Positions 11,456 through 22,679 of a DNA stretch of 45,756 nt are shown here, piece after piece; the stretch's first letter is position 1, and each line of letters opens with the position of its first letter. Under the pieces are notes generated by a model that saw nothing but the letters and a program-made list of their open reading frames with translations, had not been told where the DNA came from and did no database searches. The position numbers were made by a program, and so were the translations under genes. Source of the stretch: Octopus sinensis (taxonomy: Eukaryota); the NCBI RefSeq assembly GCF_006345805.1, contig NW_021834826.1, forward strand, positions 1 to 45,756, written 5' to 3'.

Positions 11456-12329
11456 AGATATAAAAAAAAATCGTAATATGTCCACTTGAGTGAAAAGAAA
11501 TACGAGGAAAAACTTGTTCGGCAGGAGACGAAGGAAAATACGTTTAAAATAGTTAAAAAGTTGAGGTGATTAATTACAATTTACGATAAAAATAAAACTC
11601 AAAACTATTCCATTGCTGTAAAAATTAACGGAATATAAAAACCGTCCAAGACATTGTCTGTCCGCAGGAACAAGGAACGAAAGCCATAATTCTAATACAG
11701 GTTTGGTATTTCTGTTCTTTTTTTCATTTTTTTTTTCCTTGTGTTCTGTACAGAAATGGAGATTTCACATTTGTCATTCTATTTTTCTGTTGTTGGAGTC
11801 GTCTCACATAAAGAGACGGCGGTGAATCAATAGCTATGACGATATTGATTTGGTCAACGTTCTGCATGACTGATGATTGTTGCATCATACTTGCTTTCTG
11901 TTATCTCTGGCTGAAGTAGAATGGGAACGGAAGCGAAAATTGACTTCAAACTGAATAAAAAAAGAGAAAAAAAAATGAAGGAAAAATAAAGGCAAAACAG
12001 CGAACTGAGTCCGACGCAGAAAAAGAAAACAGATTTCAGCCAACAGCAGACGACACCGTCACCTTGAAAAAAAAATCACAAAACCTTCCATATTTGGCGT
12101 TACTATAATTTATGACACTACTTGTTATACTGTAGTTTGTGACATAATACTGTTACTGTTGCTGGAATTACAGTAGTTTGTTACTTCGCTTCACTTTGTA
12201 ACACACTGCTTGATGTTACTGTAGTTTGTGTTACTGTAATTTGTGACACAGTAGTTGGTGTGGAATATCTAAACAAATGTGCTCCGCCGACTTTGTTTAT
12301 CCATAATTTCATGAAATTATCCATTAATA

Positions 12330-12903
12330 CCTATTTCTTTACTACTCACAAGGGGCTAAACATAGAGAGGACAAACAAGGACAGACAAACGGATTAAGTC
12401 GATTACATTTAATCGACCCCGAAAGGATGAAAGGCAAAGTCAACCGCGGTGGAATTTGAATTCAGAACGTAGCGGCAGACGAAATACCTATTTCTTTATT
12501 ACCCACAAGGGGCTAAACACAGAGGAGACAAACAAGGACAGACAAATGGATTAAGTTGATTACATCGACCCAAATGCGTAACTGGTACTTAATTTATCGA
12601 CCCCGAAAGGATGAAAGGCAAAATCGACCTCGGCGGAATTTGAATTCAGAACGTAGCGGCAGACGAAATACCTATTTCTTTATTACCCACAAGGGGCTAA
12701 ACACAGAGGAGACAAACAAGGACAGACAAACGGATTAAGTTGATTACATCGACCCAAATGCGTAACTGGTACTTAATTTATCGACCCCGAAAGGATGAAA
12801 GGCAAAATCGACCTCGGCGGAATTTGAACTCAGAACGTAGCCGCAGACGAAATACGGCTACGCATTTCGCCCGGCGTGCTAACGTTTCTGCCAGCTCGCC
12901 GCC
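12330..12903 (-). mobile_element. SINE family A (head GGCGGCGAGCTGGCAGAAACG) as a tandem multimer, 184 bp period
   Basis: One full head at about 12903; GAAATAC recurs at 12481, 12665 and 12849. The core GTCGAYTTTGCCTTTCATCCTTTCGGGGTCGATAAATTAAGTACCAG resembles the Meta/MESC SINE core (from memory). Confidence 0.9.
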
Positions 12904-14052
12904 TTATTATCTCTTAATACCTTTCAAGGGGTTCAGATGATGATTATATCGGAATTTAACATAAAAAATAATAATGGCTGCGCGCGCATACATACTGACA
13001 CACGTCACAGAATTGTTTCAGAATTTCAAGTTTCGCTTTTTTAGATATATATGTGAGGTACGTCAGTGTGTAGTGTGCACACACTGTTCTTCTTCTTTCT
13101 CTTTTACATTTTAATCTACGCATTAAATTCGATTATGATCGTAATCCACGCCTCCTGAAAGATATTTGTTGAAAATCCAATAAGAAAATATCCCTTTTTC
13201 TGAAACAAACTCGGTGGGGCACAGTTGTGTAGGTATGCTGTTGGTGCTACGTGGGAGAATGGCAATGAATTTGTAAACAACGTGTGGCCCGATTACGTAA
13301 ACCATATGGAAGGAAGCACGTACAAAACAGTTCCATTTTAAGAAATATTTCGCTTTGAAAAGACAAGATTATCGGTAGTAATCTTCATTGAAATTTTGAT
13401 AAAAAAAAATTCAAACTTCTGAAATAATTTTTTTCTTTCTTTTTTTTTGGTTATTTTTGTTCAGAACAGTTGTTTTAAAATTATTTTAAAATTTGGATTT
13501 CCCCTAAACCCATCTCCAGTAAAAACAAAAGTGCGCGGAGATGGAATTTAAAATTTAAAAAGCTGCTTTTTCCTCCCTCAGGCAAAATTATAATTTCCGT
13601 TGTTGAAAACATAGAAATCCGATAAAAAAAAAAAAGAAATGTTTTCTTAAAATAGTATGATGTTTCTTTTCGACACGTCTAACTGAAAATTTCTGAATAG
13701 TACCGAAATTTCTACTTTCATTTTGCGATCCTAAACCGAAAGAAAAACCAATTAGAAAAATGTCTGTTTCTTCGAAAGTTTTCGAGGTCACCCGTTGTAA
13801 ACTGGTTTGGAGTTGCTCAAACAGGAATATGGCTGCTTTTGATGAAACAGCGACGATGATTGGTGGAGGGCGGGGACCACCAACTGCAGGGGGTGTAATA
13901 TGAAGCAAAATCCTCAATCTTTGTTTTTGCTTCGTTTCCATGCATTTATTTCTATCTGGCATCGCCATGGCTTTCGGAATTATGTCCACTCTGTCTCATT
14001 AGACACCGAATGAATTGTATTACTCTAATATATATGTACACACACACACACG

Positions 14053-14502
<450 letters not shown>

Positions 14503-14947
14503 GTCATACACACACATTATTGCAGTACTTTTCAGAGGTCATCAATATGAACTCTGAAGAGAATTGCAGTAACACGTGGAAGCAGTCGGTGATCTGGAAG
14601 GTCAATATCATTAATAATGAATGTATGCTCTACGTTGAAAATTGGGGGAAGAGAGAGAGAAAGCAAAAGAAAGATATAGAAGGAGAGAAAGAAAGAAAGG
14701 AGGGAAGGAAGGAAGAAAGAAAGGGGAAGAAAAAAGAAGAGAGAAGGAGAGAGAGAAAATAAGAGAGAGAGAGAGAGTAATATGCAAGACCGTTCATTTA
14801 AGCTGCTCGTAGTTTCGGGCTATAATTGCACTTCATCAGGCCATGTCTTCCAGTCGTGCTTGGAAATGAACAGCCCGAAATTTGTGTTACTTTAATTCTG
14901 TCTCCAATTCTCGACATATTTTGATCGTGCCATGAATTTACAGGTAC

Positions 14948-15037
14948 AGGCGAGGTTGTGTGGTAAGGAGTTTGCTCCCCGACCATACGGTTCCGGGTTC
15001 AGTCCCATTGCGTGGTACCTTGGCCCAGTGTTTTCTA
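14948..15037 (+). mobile_element. SINE family B 5' fragment
   Basis: GTTGTGTGGTAAGGAGTTTGCT...GGTTCCGGGTTCAGTCCCATTGCGTGGTACCTTGG matches the family B head. Confidence 0.8.
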
Positions 15038-15264
15038 CTAAAGCTATTTATATCAAACACAAACCGCGATTCTGCTGAAATAGCCAGCCTAATTTGCCTA
15101 ACCGTGTCTTCGTTAGCAAAAGGGGTTAATTGTTTAATTAATTAAGCAAAATATGATAGAGGACTATCATTTGAAATTTGATGTAGGTATATCTATAATT
15201 TAGAAACGATAAACTTCGCCGTGAAATTTTTAAAAATGTTTCTTTCTCCCTCTACATAATGCTG

Positions 15265-15585
15265 TGAAGGTGCGTGGCTCGTGGCGAGGCCATTCTGCTC
15301 GCGATTTTAAGGTTGCGAGTTCGATTCCTAGTGGTAAGTTGTGCCCTTCAGCAAGACACTTTACTTCACTTTGCTGCTGTCCATTCAGCTGGTGAAAATC
15401 AGTTGTACCTGTGATTTAAAGGGGCCAGCCTTGTCACATTCTGTGTCACACTGAATCTCCCTGAAAACTATGTTAAGGGTTCATGTGTCTGTGGAGTGCT
15501 CAGCCACTTGCGCATTAATTTCATGAGCAGGCTGTTCCGTTGATTGGATCAGCTGGGACCCTCGTCGTCGTAACCGACGGAGGGC
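15265..15585 (+). mobile_element. tRNA-headed SINE family C2 (3' half shared with 21025-21412)
   Basis: B-box GAGTTCGATTCC. The 3' half TTGTACCTGT...GTCTGTGGAGTGCTCAGCCACTT...CCCTCGTCGTCGTAACCGACGGAG is shared with family C1, while the middle (AGCAAGACACTTTA) resembles 19246-19572. Confidence 0.85.
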
Positions 15586-15605
15586 CAGTTAACAAGAGAG
15601 AGAGG

Positions 15606-15980
15606 TATATATGTGCATGTGTGTGTATGGATGTATGTGCATGTATGTATATGTGTGTGTACGTATATACGTATATGTGTGTGAATGTATGTATATGTGT
15701 GTATGTATGTATGTATGTTTGTATGTATGTATGTATGTATGTATGTATGTATTATGTATGTATGTATGTATGTATTATGTATGTACGTATATGTGTGTGA
15801 ATGTATGTTTGTGTATATATGTATGTATATGTGTGTATGTATGTACGTATATATGTGTGTATGTATGTATGTGTGTATGTATGTATTATGCATGCATGCG
15901 TATGTATATATGTATGTGTATGCATATATGTATGCATGCATGTATGTACGTATGTATGTATGCATGACTGTATGTGTGTG

Positions 15981-16012
<32 letters not shown>

Positions 16013-16020
16013 TATATATA
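15606..16020. repeat. (TATG)n/(TG)n tract
   Basis: Directly visible. Confidence 0.95.
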
Positions 16021-16505
16021 CCACTGACTTCACCTTCATACACGTGTGTACGCACCTCCCGTGTAGGTGAGTGAGGGGGTAGTAAGCAGGTAGGTTGTGT
16101 TCCTCCAATGAAATTTTAACTACTAAAGTCCAAAAGGAAACATAATTATCAATACCTAATCAGCTAATCGATAAACAATTCCGCTATTTCTACAACCAAA
16201 TGGGGAAGAGACAGCTATAAGTCACCGACTCATACATAGACAAACGGACACACATTCCACTCATCGGTTCTACCTCTCCATAGAGGGGGAAACCTCTAAG
16301 TAATCGCTCAGCCTGGCTAGATATAGTAATCTTGTTAAAATCACCTTTTATTCCGTCTTAACCCTCTGCGTGTCTTGTGGATCACGCGTGGTACACAGGA
16401 CGTATTCCCCTGGTGTCCACGCATCATATCTGTTGAACATTTCCAGTCACCAAAGTAAGTTGGGAATTATGTGAGGAAAGCTTTGTGGTATTCAGGGCGT
16501 GTTAA

Positions 16506-16745
16506 GGCGGCGAGCTGGCAGAACCGTTAGCACGCCGGACGAAATGCATAGCTGTATTTCGTCTGCTGTTACGTTCTGTGTTCAAATTCCGCCGAGGTCG
16601 ACTTTGCCTTTCATCCTTTCGGGGTCGATTAAATAAGTACCAGTTACGCACTGGGGTCGATATAATCGACTTCATCCGTTTGTCTGTCCTTGTTTGTCCT
16701 CTCTGTGTTTAACCCCTTGTGGGTAGTAAAAGAAATAGGTATTCG
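16506..16745 (+). mobile_element. SINE family A full copy
   Basis: GGCGGCGAGCTGGCAGAA...CCCCTTGTGGGTAGTAAAAGAAATAGGTATT. Confidence 0.92.
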
Positions 16746-16854
16746 GGGCATGTGAAACAATAGCTAGCTAAGAGTCTGAAAATGGGCACGAGTGTTTTGG
16801 ACAAATTTATACAAATGCTTTGGACGGGCAAAGGGCTATTATCTTTCGGATTAA

Positions 16855-17340
16855 TCACAAAAGACGTATGAGATGGCTTGGGCATGTTAGCCGTATGAAA
16901 GATGGCAGAATCCCCAAGGACATACTCTACGGAGAGCTTGCTAGGGGTACTAGGTCTGTGGGTATACCGCTCTTACGTTACAAGGATGTTTGCAAAAGGG
17001 ACATGAAGGCCTGCAACATCAATATTAGCGGTTGGGAGGCAGTTGCCGGCAACCGTGGAGATTGGCGATGTACCATAAAAGAGGGAATACAAAGGAGTGA
17101 CAGAGAGAGAGAGAGGAGAAATGGAAAGACAAGAAAAGACGTCAACAAGAAACTATTGCATTACAACCAGCCAGGAACAGTCTTCGCTACATTTGCGGTA
17201 CCTGCCAGAGGGAGTGTTTGTCCAGGATAGGACTACACAGCCACAGCAGGAAATGTATCAGGACATGAAATGTAAAAGCCGGACTAGACTACTTTATGCG
17301 CAACTCCATTGTCTCCCGAGACAAAAAGGATGCCAACCAA
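16855..17340 (+). mobile_element. RTE-clade LINE 3' end
   Basis: KRRMRWLGHVSRMKDGRIPKDILYGELARGTRSVGIPLLRYKDVCKRDMK...WEAVAGNRGDWR, then in a shifted frame YICGTCQRECLSRIGLHSHSRKC*, followed by the RTE-like 3' UTR CCATTGTCTCCCGAGACAAAAGGATGCC. Confidence 0.92.
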
Positions 17341-17369
17341 TCACAACTGATTACAACGGCTATAACTAA

Positions 17370-17935
17370 AAACCCGCCTCATGGCTCCGGCGAACAAAAT
17401 GAAAAAGGTGTCGTTCCGGAGGACGGCGTGGGAAACGCGCTGGAATTAGTCACTCTGCGTCACGGGGCTCACACTTACCATCTCTGCTCCGAGAGCAGTG
17501 AGCAGATATGTTATCCGGGGGCCAACCACTGCTACGGGTTTGACCACAAATCTTGTCAGAGAACGGCCGATACTTTGAAGTTTTGCTCTTTTCGGCATGC
17601 CGAGTAGCGAAGCCTTGACTTGGCAGTCGAACACACCGGATTGCCGTTGGACATGTGACATCCCAGATGAGGAGCCTACCACTGCAGGACGGGGAAACTG
17701 TCATGCCATCTGGCATTTTACCGTTCCCTTTGTCCAACTCCATTGCTTCAAATGGGAAAGGAAGCCTGCGGCGTCTAGGCCATGCTTTATGATCTTGTTG
17801 AGAGCAGCGAGGAGTGGCAGCCAGCATTATAATGGCAAGACAATGGATGGAGGCCGAAAGAATTCACAAATCCACAGTGGATCCGCATCTGCATCTACGA
17901 GGCCAAACAGACTCGACGAAACACTGATTAATGTT
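17370..17935 (-). mobile_element. CRE-clade (RLE-type) non-LTR retrotransposon 3' fragment, frameshifted
   Basis: Pieces across minus frames: PRRCRCGSTVD, GLHPLSCHYNAG, AALNKIIKHGLDAAGF, LDKGNGKMPDGMTV...GRLLIWDVTCP, AEKSKTSKY, EPRDAE*, FQRVSHAVLRN. Together these give a CCHC knuckle plus PD-(D/E)xK restriction-like endonuclease. Confidence 0.82.
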
Positions 17936-18464
17936 TCAAACTTCCAAACTCACTTCTACTTTAGTTAATCTAGAATGGATTGTCTCCCCTTTGATAGCTG
18001 ACCACCAGGTGTGCACCACGTCTTTGTTGAACTTCCTCTCATAAACACACAGAAATTTAATCACAAACAGTCGTAGTTAAAGCTCGAGTCAGATTTGATT
18101 GAGCAAACCTTTAATCAACTACGATCAATCTATGACCATAAACACTGTTTTTACGGCATGGTGTACCTGAGACTACATCATCCAATATGTACCACCATTT
18201 TAAAGTCGGTAAGGAGTGACATTTGGCTGTTATTTCTAGAATGCAGGTCGGGAGACCGGGGAGTGGTACCTTCACTGGCTCAAATACAATTAAATCTGTA
18301 AAGTAGAAAATATGTTAACGTCGTTGACATAAATTAGGAACAGATATGAATTAAACCACTGAATAAATTATTCCTTATAAGGAAGAAAATAAAAAATAAA
18401 ATTATGAGATCGGAAACAATATTCTTGTAGCTGTTATTGTCCATAAACATGCCTTCTGGTTTAA

Positions 18465-18866
18465 TTTTAATTTGCTTTAGCCATTAGACTGCGGCCATGC
18501 TGGGACACCGCCTTGAGGGGTTTAGTCGAATAGATCGATACCAGGACTATATTTTTAAAAGTCTGGTATTTATGCTATCGGTCTCTTTTTCCCAAACCGC
18601 TAAGTTACGAGGACAAAAACACACTAACACCGGGTGTCAAGCGGTGGGGTGACGACAAACACACACACACACACACACATACATACGCACACACACACAC
18701 ACCACACTCACACACACACACTCACACACACACACTCACACACACATACCCAAACACACACACTCACACACACTCACACACACACTCACACACATACCCA
18801 AACACACACACACACACACACACTCCCTCACACACACACACTCACACACTCACATACACACACACG

Positions 18867-18907
<41 letters not shown>

Positions 18908-18910
18908 ATA
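18465..18910 (-). mobile_element. SINE family B 3' half followed by a (CA)n tract
   Basis: GACTGCGGCCATGCTGGGACACCGCC...CCGCTAAGTTACG...GTCAAGCGGTGGGG is the reverse complement of the family B 3' half. Confidence 0.8.
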
Positions 18911-19245
18911 TCTTTACCAAATAAATCAATCAATGATTTTTCACCTTTCTTTTGAACAAATTTCCTATTCGTAAAATCAAACAAGATGGCCGATGGAACG
19001 ATAGATATTTTCGCTCGAGGCTTTTTGTTTCATAGCTTTGTCCAGTAGTGTAAAGATTTTGCGCAAGATGTAGCCTTGAATCTATGGCATCGTTAGTGAT
19101 TGTTAATACTTGTGGATCACCTCCAAAACCTGGACACCTTTTAGACCAAGAGTTCCCAACTGGGGTCCAGATAACCTTTGCGGGTCCACGTAGGATTTTG
19201 CTGCTAAAATTTATGCGTAATAAATTGGTTATATTACTACAATGT

Positions 19246-19572
19246 GAAGGCGAATGGCTCAGTTGGTTAGAGCGTCGGGCTCACAATCATGAGGTAGTGA
19301 GTTCGATTCTCGGGCTGTGTGTTGTGTTCTTAAGCAAGACATTTTATTTCACATTGCTCCGGTTCACTCATTGTAGAAATGAGTTGCGATGTCACTGGTG
19401 CGAAGCTGTATCAGCCTTTGCCTTTCCCTTGGATAACACCAGTGGCGTGGAGAGGAGTGGCTGGTATGCATGGGTGATTGTTGGCCTTCCATAAACAACA
19501 ACCTCGGACTTGTGCCTCAGAGGGGAATTTCTAGGTGCAATCTCATGGTCATTTATGACCGAAGGGGTTAGG
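19246..19572 (+). mobile_element. tRNA-headed SINE family C3
   Basis: A-box TGGCTCAGTGG, B-box GAGTTCGATTC, then TTAAGCAAGACATTTTATTTCACATTGCTCC...TAGAAATGAGTTG body. Confidence 0.85.
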
Positions 19573-19640
19573 GGTACTTTTTTCTTTATTTCTATAATAC
19601 ACAAAATATTTTAACAATTTTTATACAAAACCTAATTATA

Positions 19641-20040
19641 ACGGACTCTGAACAAATTTGAAGAGAATTCAATCAATGCGTTTGAAATGTGAGTTTACAG
19701 GGAAATGCTAAGAGTCCCTTACAAGAACCACCGGACAAATGAATGGGTGTTGCAACAAGTGAAAGGTAACTCCTTAACAAAATCTCGTCTATTTCGGCCA
19801 TATTCGATGAAGCAGAGGTCTGGGAAACATTATCATGGAAGGAAGAGTAGAGGGTAGTAGATCAAGATGCAGGCAAAGAATACAATGGGTGGAGAATATC
19901 AAGAGCTGGTTGGACAAAAAGGGCAAAGCAGCCGGAGAACTTGCGCTTAGCTGGAAAGACTTTCGCTGTAGTGTCATCAATGCGGTCCAGGAGTTCGATA
20001 TATGAAGAGGGCGGCGGTGGCGGCAGCGACGACGACTAAC
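19641..20040 (+). mobile_element. RTE (BovB-like) LINE 3' fragment
   Basis: TLNKFEENSINAFEM*VYREMLRVPYKNHRTNEWVLQQV and LGNIIMEGRVEGSRSRCRQRIQWVENIKSW match the BovB-type C-terminus (IEAFEMWxYRRMLRI...EGKIEGxRxRGRQRxxW). Confidence 0.85.
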
Positions 20041-20320
20041 ATATAATTATAGAAATACGATAGGATTTTTAAAACCATCGAATGGCTGTGAGGGTTCACC
20101 TGAGTAAAATAGGAATCAAAAGAGTCGATAGAGAAAAAAATGGTTGAGAACCACTCGTTTAGACCTTCATTGCTTCGAAGTAATCTAACTATTTCTTCCC
20201 TGCTCTAGGCACAAGGCCCGAAATTAGTTCAGTCCACAGGGATTGGATTAATCACCGAAAAATCATTAGAAAACGTGTCGCGTATTCATGAATTTAATCG
20301 ACATAAACAGAACATGATAT

Positions 20321-20329
20321 ACTTACCTG
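20321..20329 (-). other. Candidate 5' splice donor CAG|GTAAGT
   Basis: Perfect consensus; extends to 11 nt complementarity with the U1 5' end (ATACTTACCTG on the plus strand). No transcript evidence. Confidence 0.35.
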
Positions 20330-20743
20330 TGTCACGTGGTATATTTATGTATTAAATATCACAATTATAAAACACGCGAAAACAAATAAGTTCAGAGGAG
20401 TTTTTATATTGATGAATAACACCATCTTTCCGGCTTAAACTATTTTAGCCAAGTGGTAGTGGGAAATATCGATCTTTTGTTAAAATTTGCAGAGCCTGTA
20501 CCTGGATGTTATGATTTTCTGAAAGTCTAAGCTTACACTTACTGGAACCGTTAACGTAGCGTGTTGCGTAATGGACAAACCTATTTTATAATTGTTAATA
20601 ATATCATCTGTGATAACTGCATTAAGTACAGATTTATATCTTAAAATCGCTCTTGTCTATTGACTATTTGTCATTTTAAAGTTGTATCACTGATTAAATT
20701 TGAGCTACGAGTTGTTAATGTTATCTAATGAATATCAAACTCT

Positions 20744-20752
20744 CAGGTAAGT
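20744..20752 (+). other. Candidate 5' splice donor CAG|GTAAGT
   Basis: Perfect consensus in unique sequence. No transcript evidence. Confidence 0.35.
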
Positions 20753-21024
20753 CTCACGGTTACATGCGAGGATCCTGGAGAAGAAGGCGACTGGCAGGTA
20801 ACCATGAAGGAAGGTGTTACCTGTAAGCAAGCAAAGAGCTGTCTATAAAACTATTCGAGGCAAATCCTCTTGCTTTGAAACCTATTTAATTTACCTTAAT
20901 AAATGTCTTTAAAGTTTTTTTTTCTGAAGGTCTTACATAACATCATCCTTTTTTGATTTAAAATATAAAGGGACGCGAAGTGTTGAGGTGGATTCTTGTG
21001 TGTCGAGATGTATACAAATGTAGT

Positions 21025-21412
21025 AGTGGAGGCGCAATGGCCCAGTGGTTAGGGCAGCGGACTCGCGGTCGTAGGATCGCGGTTTCGATTCCCAGACCGG
21101 GCGTTGTGAGTGTTTATTGAGCGAAAACACCTAAAGCTCCACGAGGCTCCGGCAGGGGATGGTGGTGATCCCTGCTGTACTCTTTCACCACAACTTTCTC
21201 TCACTCTTTCTTCTTGTTTCTGTTGTACCTGTATTTCAAAGGGCCGGCCTTGTCACTCTCTGTGTCATGCTGAATATCCCCGAGAACTACGTTAAGGGTA
21301 CACGTGTCTGTGGAGTGCTCAGCTACTTACACGTTAATTTCACGAGCAGGCTGTTCCGTTGGTCGGATCAACCGGAACCCTCATCGTCGTAACTGACGGA
21401 GTGCTTCCATCC
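21025..21412 (+). mobile_element. tRNA(Arg)-like-headed SINE family C1, full length with TSD
   Basis: Head GGAGGCGCAATGGCCCAGTGG...ACTCGCG (TCG anticodon position)...GGTTTCGATTCC. 13 bp TSD ATACAAATGTAGT at 21012-21024 and 21413-21425. Confidence 0.92.
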
Positions 21413-21638
21413 ATACAAATGTAGTGAGAATCTTTATTTTAAAATATTTTCAGTTAATCTTTGTACAACTTTTCGTGTCGTTGTTATCAAATAGTTCCTT
21501 TCGGATCCGATACATTGTATGAAACTGGAATATGGTCATATAAGGAAAACGAAAATAATAAGCAACAGACCATTCCGTATTTTATAAACACCTATACTTC
21601 ATTAAGACTAGCTACCTTCAATACTTCAAAGTGTTTAA

Positions 21639-22021
21639 TCTTTATATATAAAAGAAAGGTAGTGTGTCTGTCTACTCCAATTTAGATTCCTAACTACTCC
21701 TACATTTTGCGGTGCAGTTTAACCAAAACCGGGTATCTTATAGTCGTGATTCATATCGAGCCCTTCTGGGTATTAGCGCGCGTCTACGATGAGTCTACGA
21801 TTTTAAAAATAATTTACCATCATTTTTTTCCATTTTAATGCATATTTTTTAAATATAAGGGAAGTAACTCTCTAAAAATGTCTACGATGAGTCAACGATT
21901 TAAAAAAAATTTTTTTTTCCATTTTTAATGCATTTTTTGCTATTCTTTGGCTATAACTCTCTAAAAATGCTTTATAGTTATTTCCCTTACAAACCCGTGC
22001 AACGCCGGGCGATACTGCTAG
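21639..22021 (+). mobile_element. Solo non-autonomous Helitron (short variant)
   Basis: A^TC start at 21639, hairpin CCCGTGCAACGCCGGG, CTAG^T end at 22021, no TSD. Confidence 0.9.
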
Positions 22022-22468
22022 TACATAATAATTTTCGTCCGTCGTTGTCCGCGATGACCGAGGACATCTCATGGGAAAAGAAGATGGGTCACGGTGCGCT
22101 CGGAGGATTCTGGCGCGGGTCGGACACTGGTGGTCAGCTGAGAACGAAGGCAAGGAATTGGCCCCGGATTTGCGCAGCTCCCGTTTTCTTTCTGCTCTGG
22201 TGATCCTATTCTATGGTTTCTCCTATAAGTATATAAGAATGTATCGTATCCTATTTACGAAAATTAAAGAGACGAAATGCTTAAAGTTTTTTTTATTTGG
22301 GGGAAGGGGTCTACAACCAATCAAACCGCGATCACTAATCGGATATAGGGATAGGATTATCCTGTTTCTATATCGTTGGCGAATATTTTCCCTTCTATAC
22401 AGTCTCACAGCTTACTTTTAAGCTTATGAATAATCAACGAGAATAATCAGAGTAACGATTCAAGTTTC

Positions 22469-22521
22469 TACTACTACTACTACAACTACTACTACTACTA
22501 CTACTGCTACTGCTGCTGCTG

Positions 22522-22571
<50 letters not shown>

Positions 22572-22587
22572 GCTACTGCTGCTGCTG

Positions 22588-22635
<48 letters not shown>

Positions 22636-22655
22636 GTACTGCTGCTGCTGCTGTT
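22469..22655. repeat. (CTA)n/(CTG)n trinucleotide tract
   Basis: Directly visible. Confidence 0.95.
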
Positions 22656-22679
22656 ACCATTAATATTGCTACTCCTAAA

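Larger units (their letters stand above)
19147..20156. mobile_element. hAT-type MITE with nested SINE and RTE fragment
   Basis: Ends CAAGAGTTCCCAAC and GTTGAGAACCACTC; 8 bp TSD TTTTAGAC/GTTTAGAC. Internal sequence is colinear with 24637-25112. Confidence 0.75.

Noticed and set aside
11668-11830. Possible 33 nt microexon and a strong acceptor at about 11753
   Set aside because: Implied intron is only about 53 nt, the donor GTTTGG is weak, and downstream frames close quickly.
13588-13989. 133 aa non-repetitive minus-strand ORF
   Set aside because: No recognisable domain; runs into A/T tracts; no convincing donor site.
21028-21105. tRNA-Arg-like sequence
   Set aside because: It is the head of a TSD-flanked SINE; no proper acceptor stem or Pol III terminator. 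The same holds for the other SINE heads.
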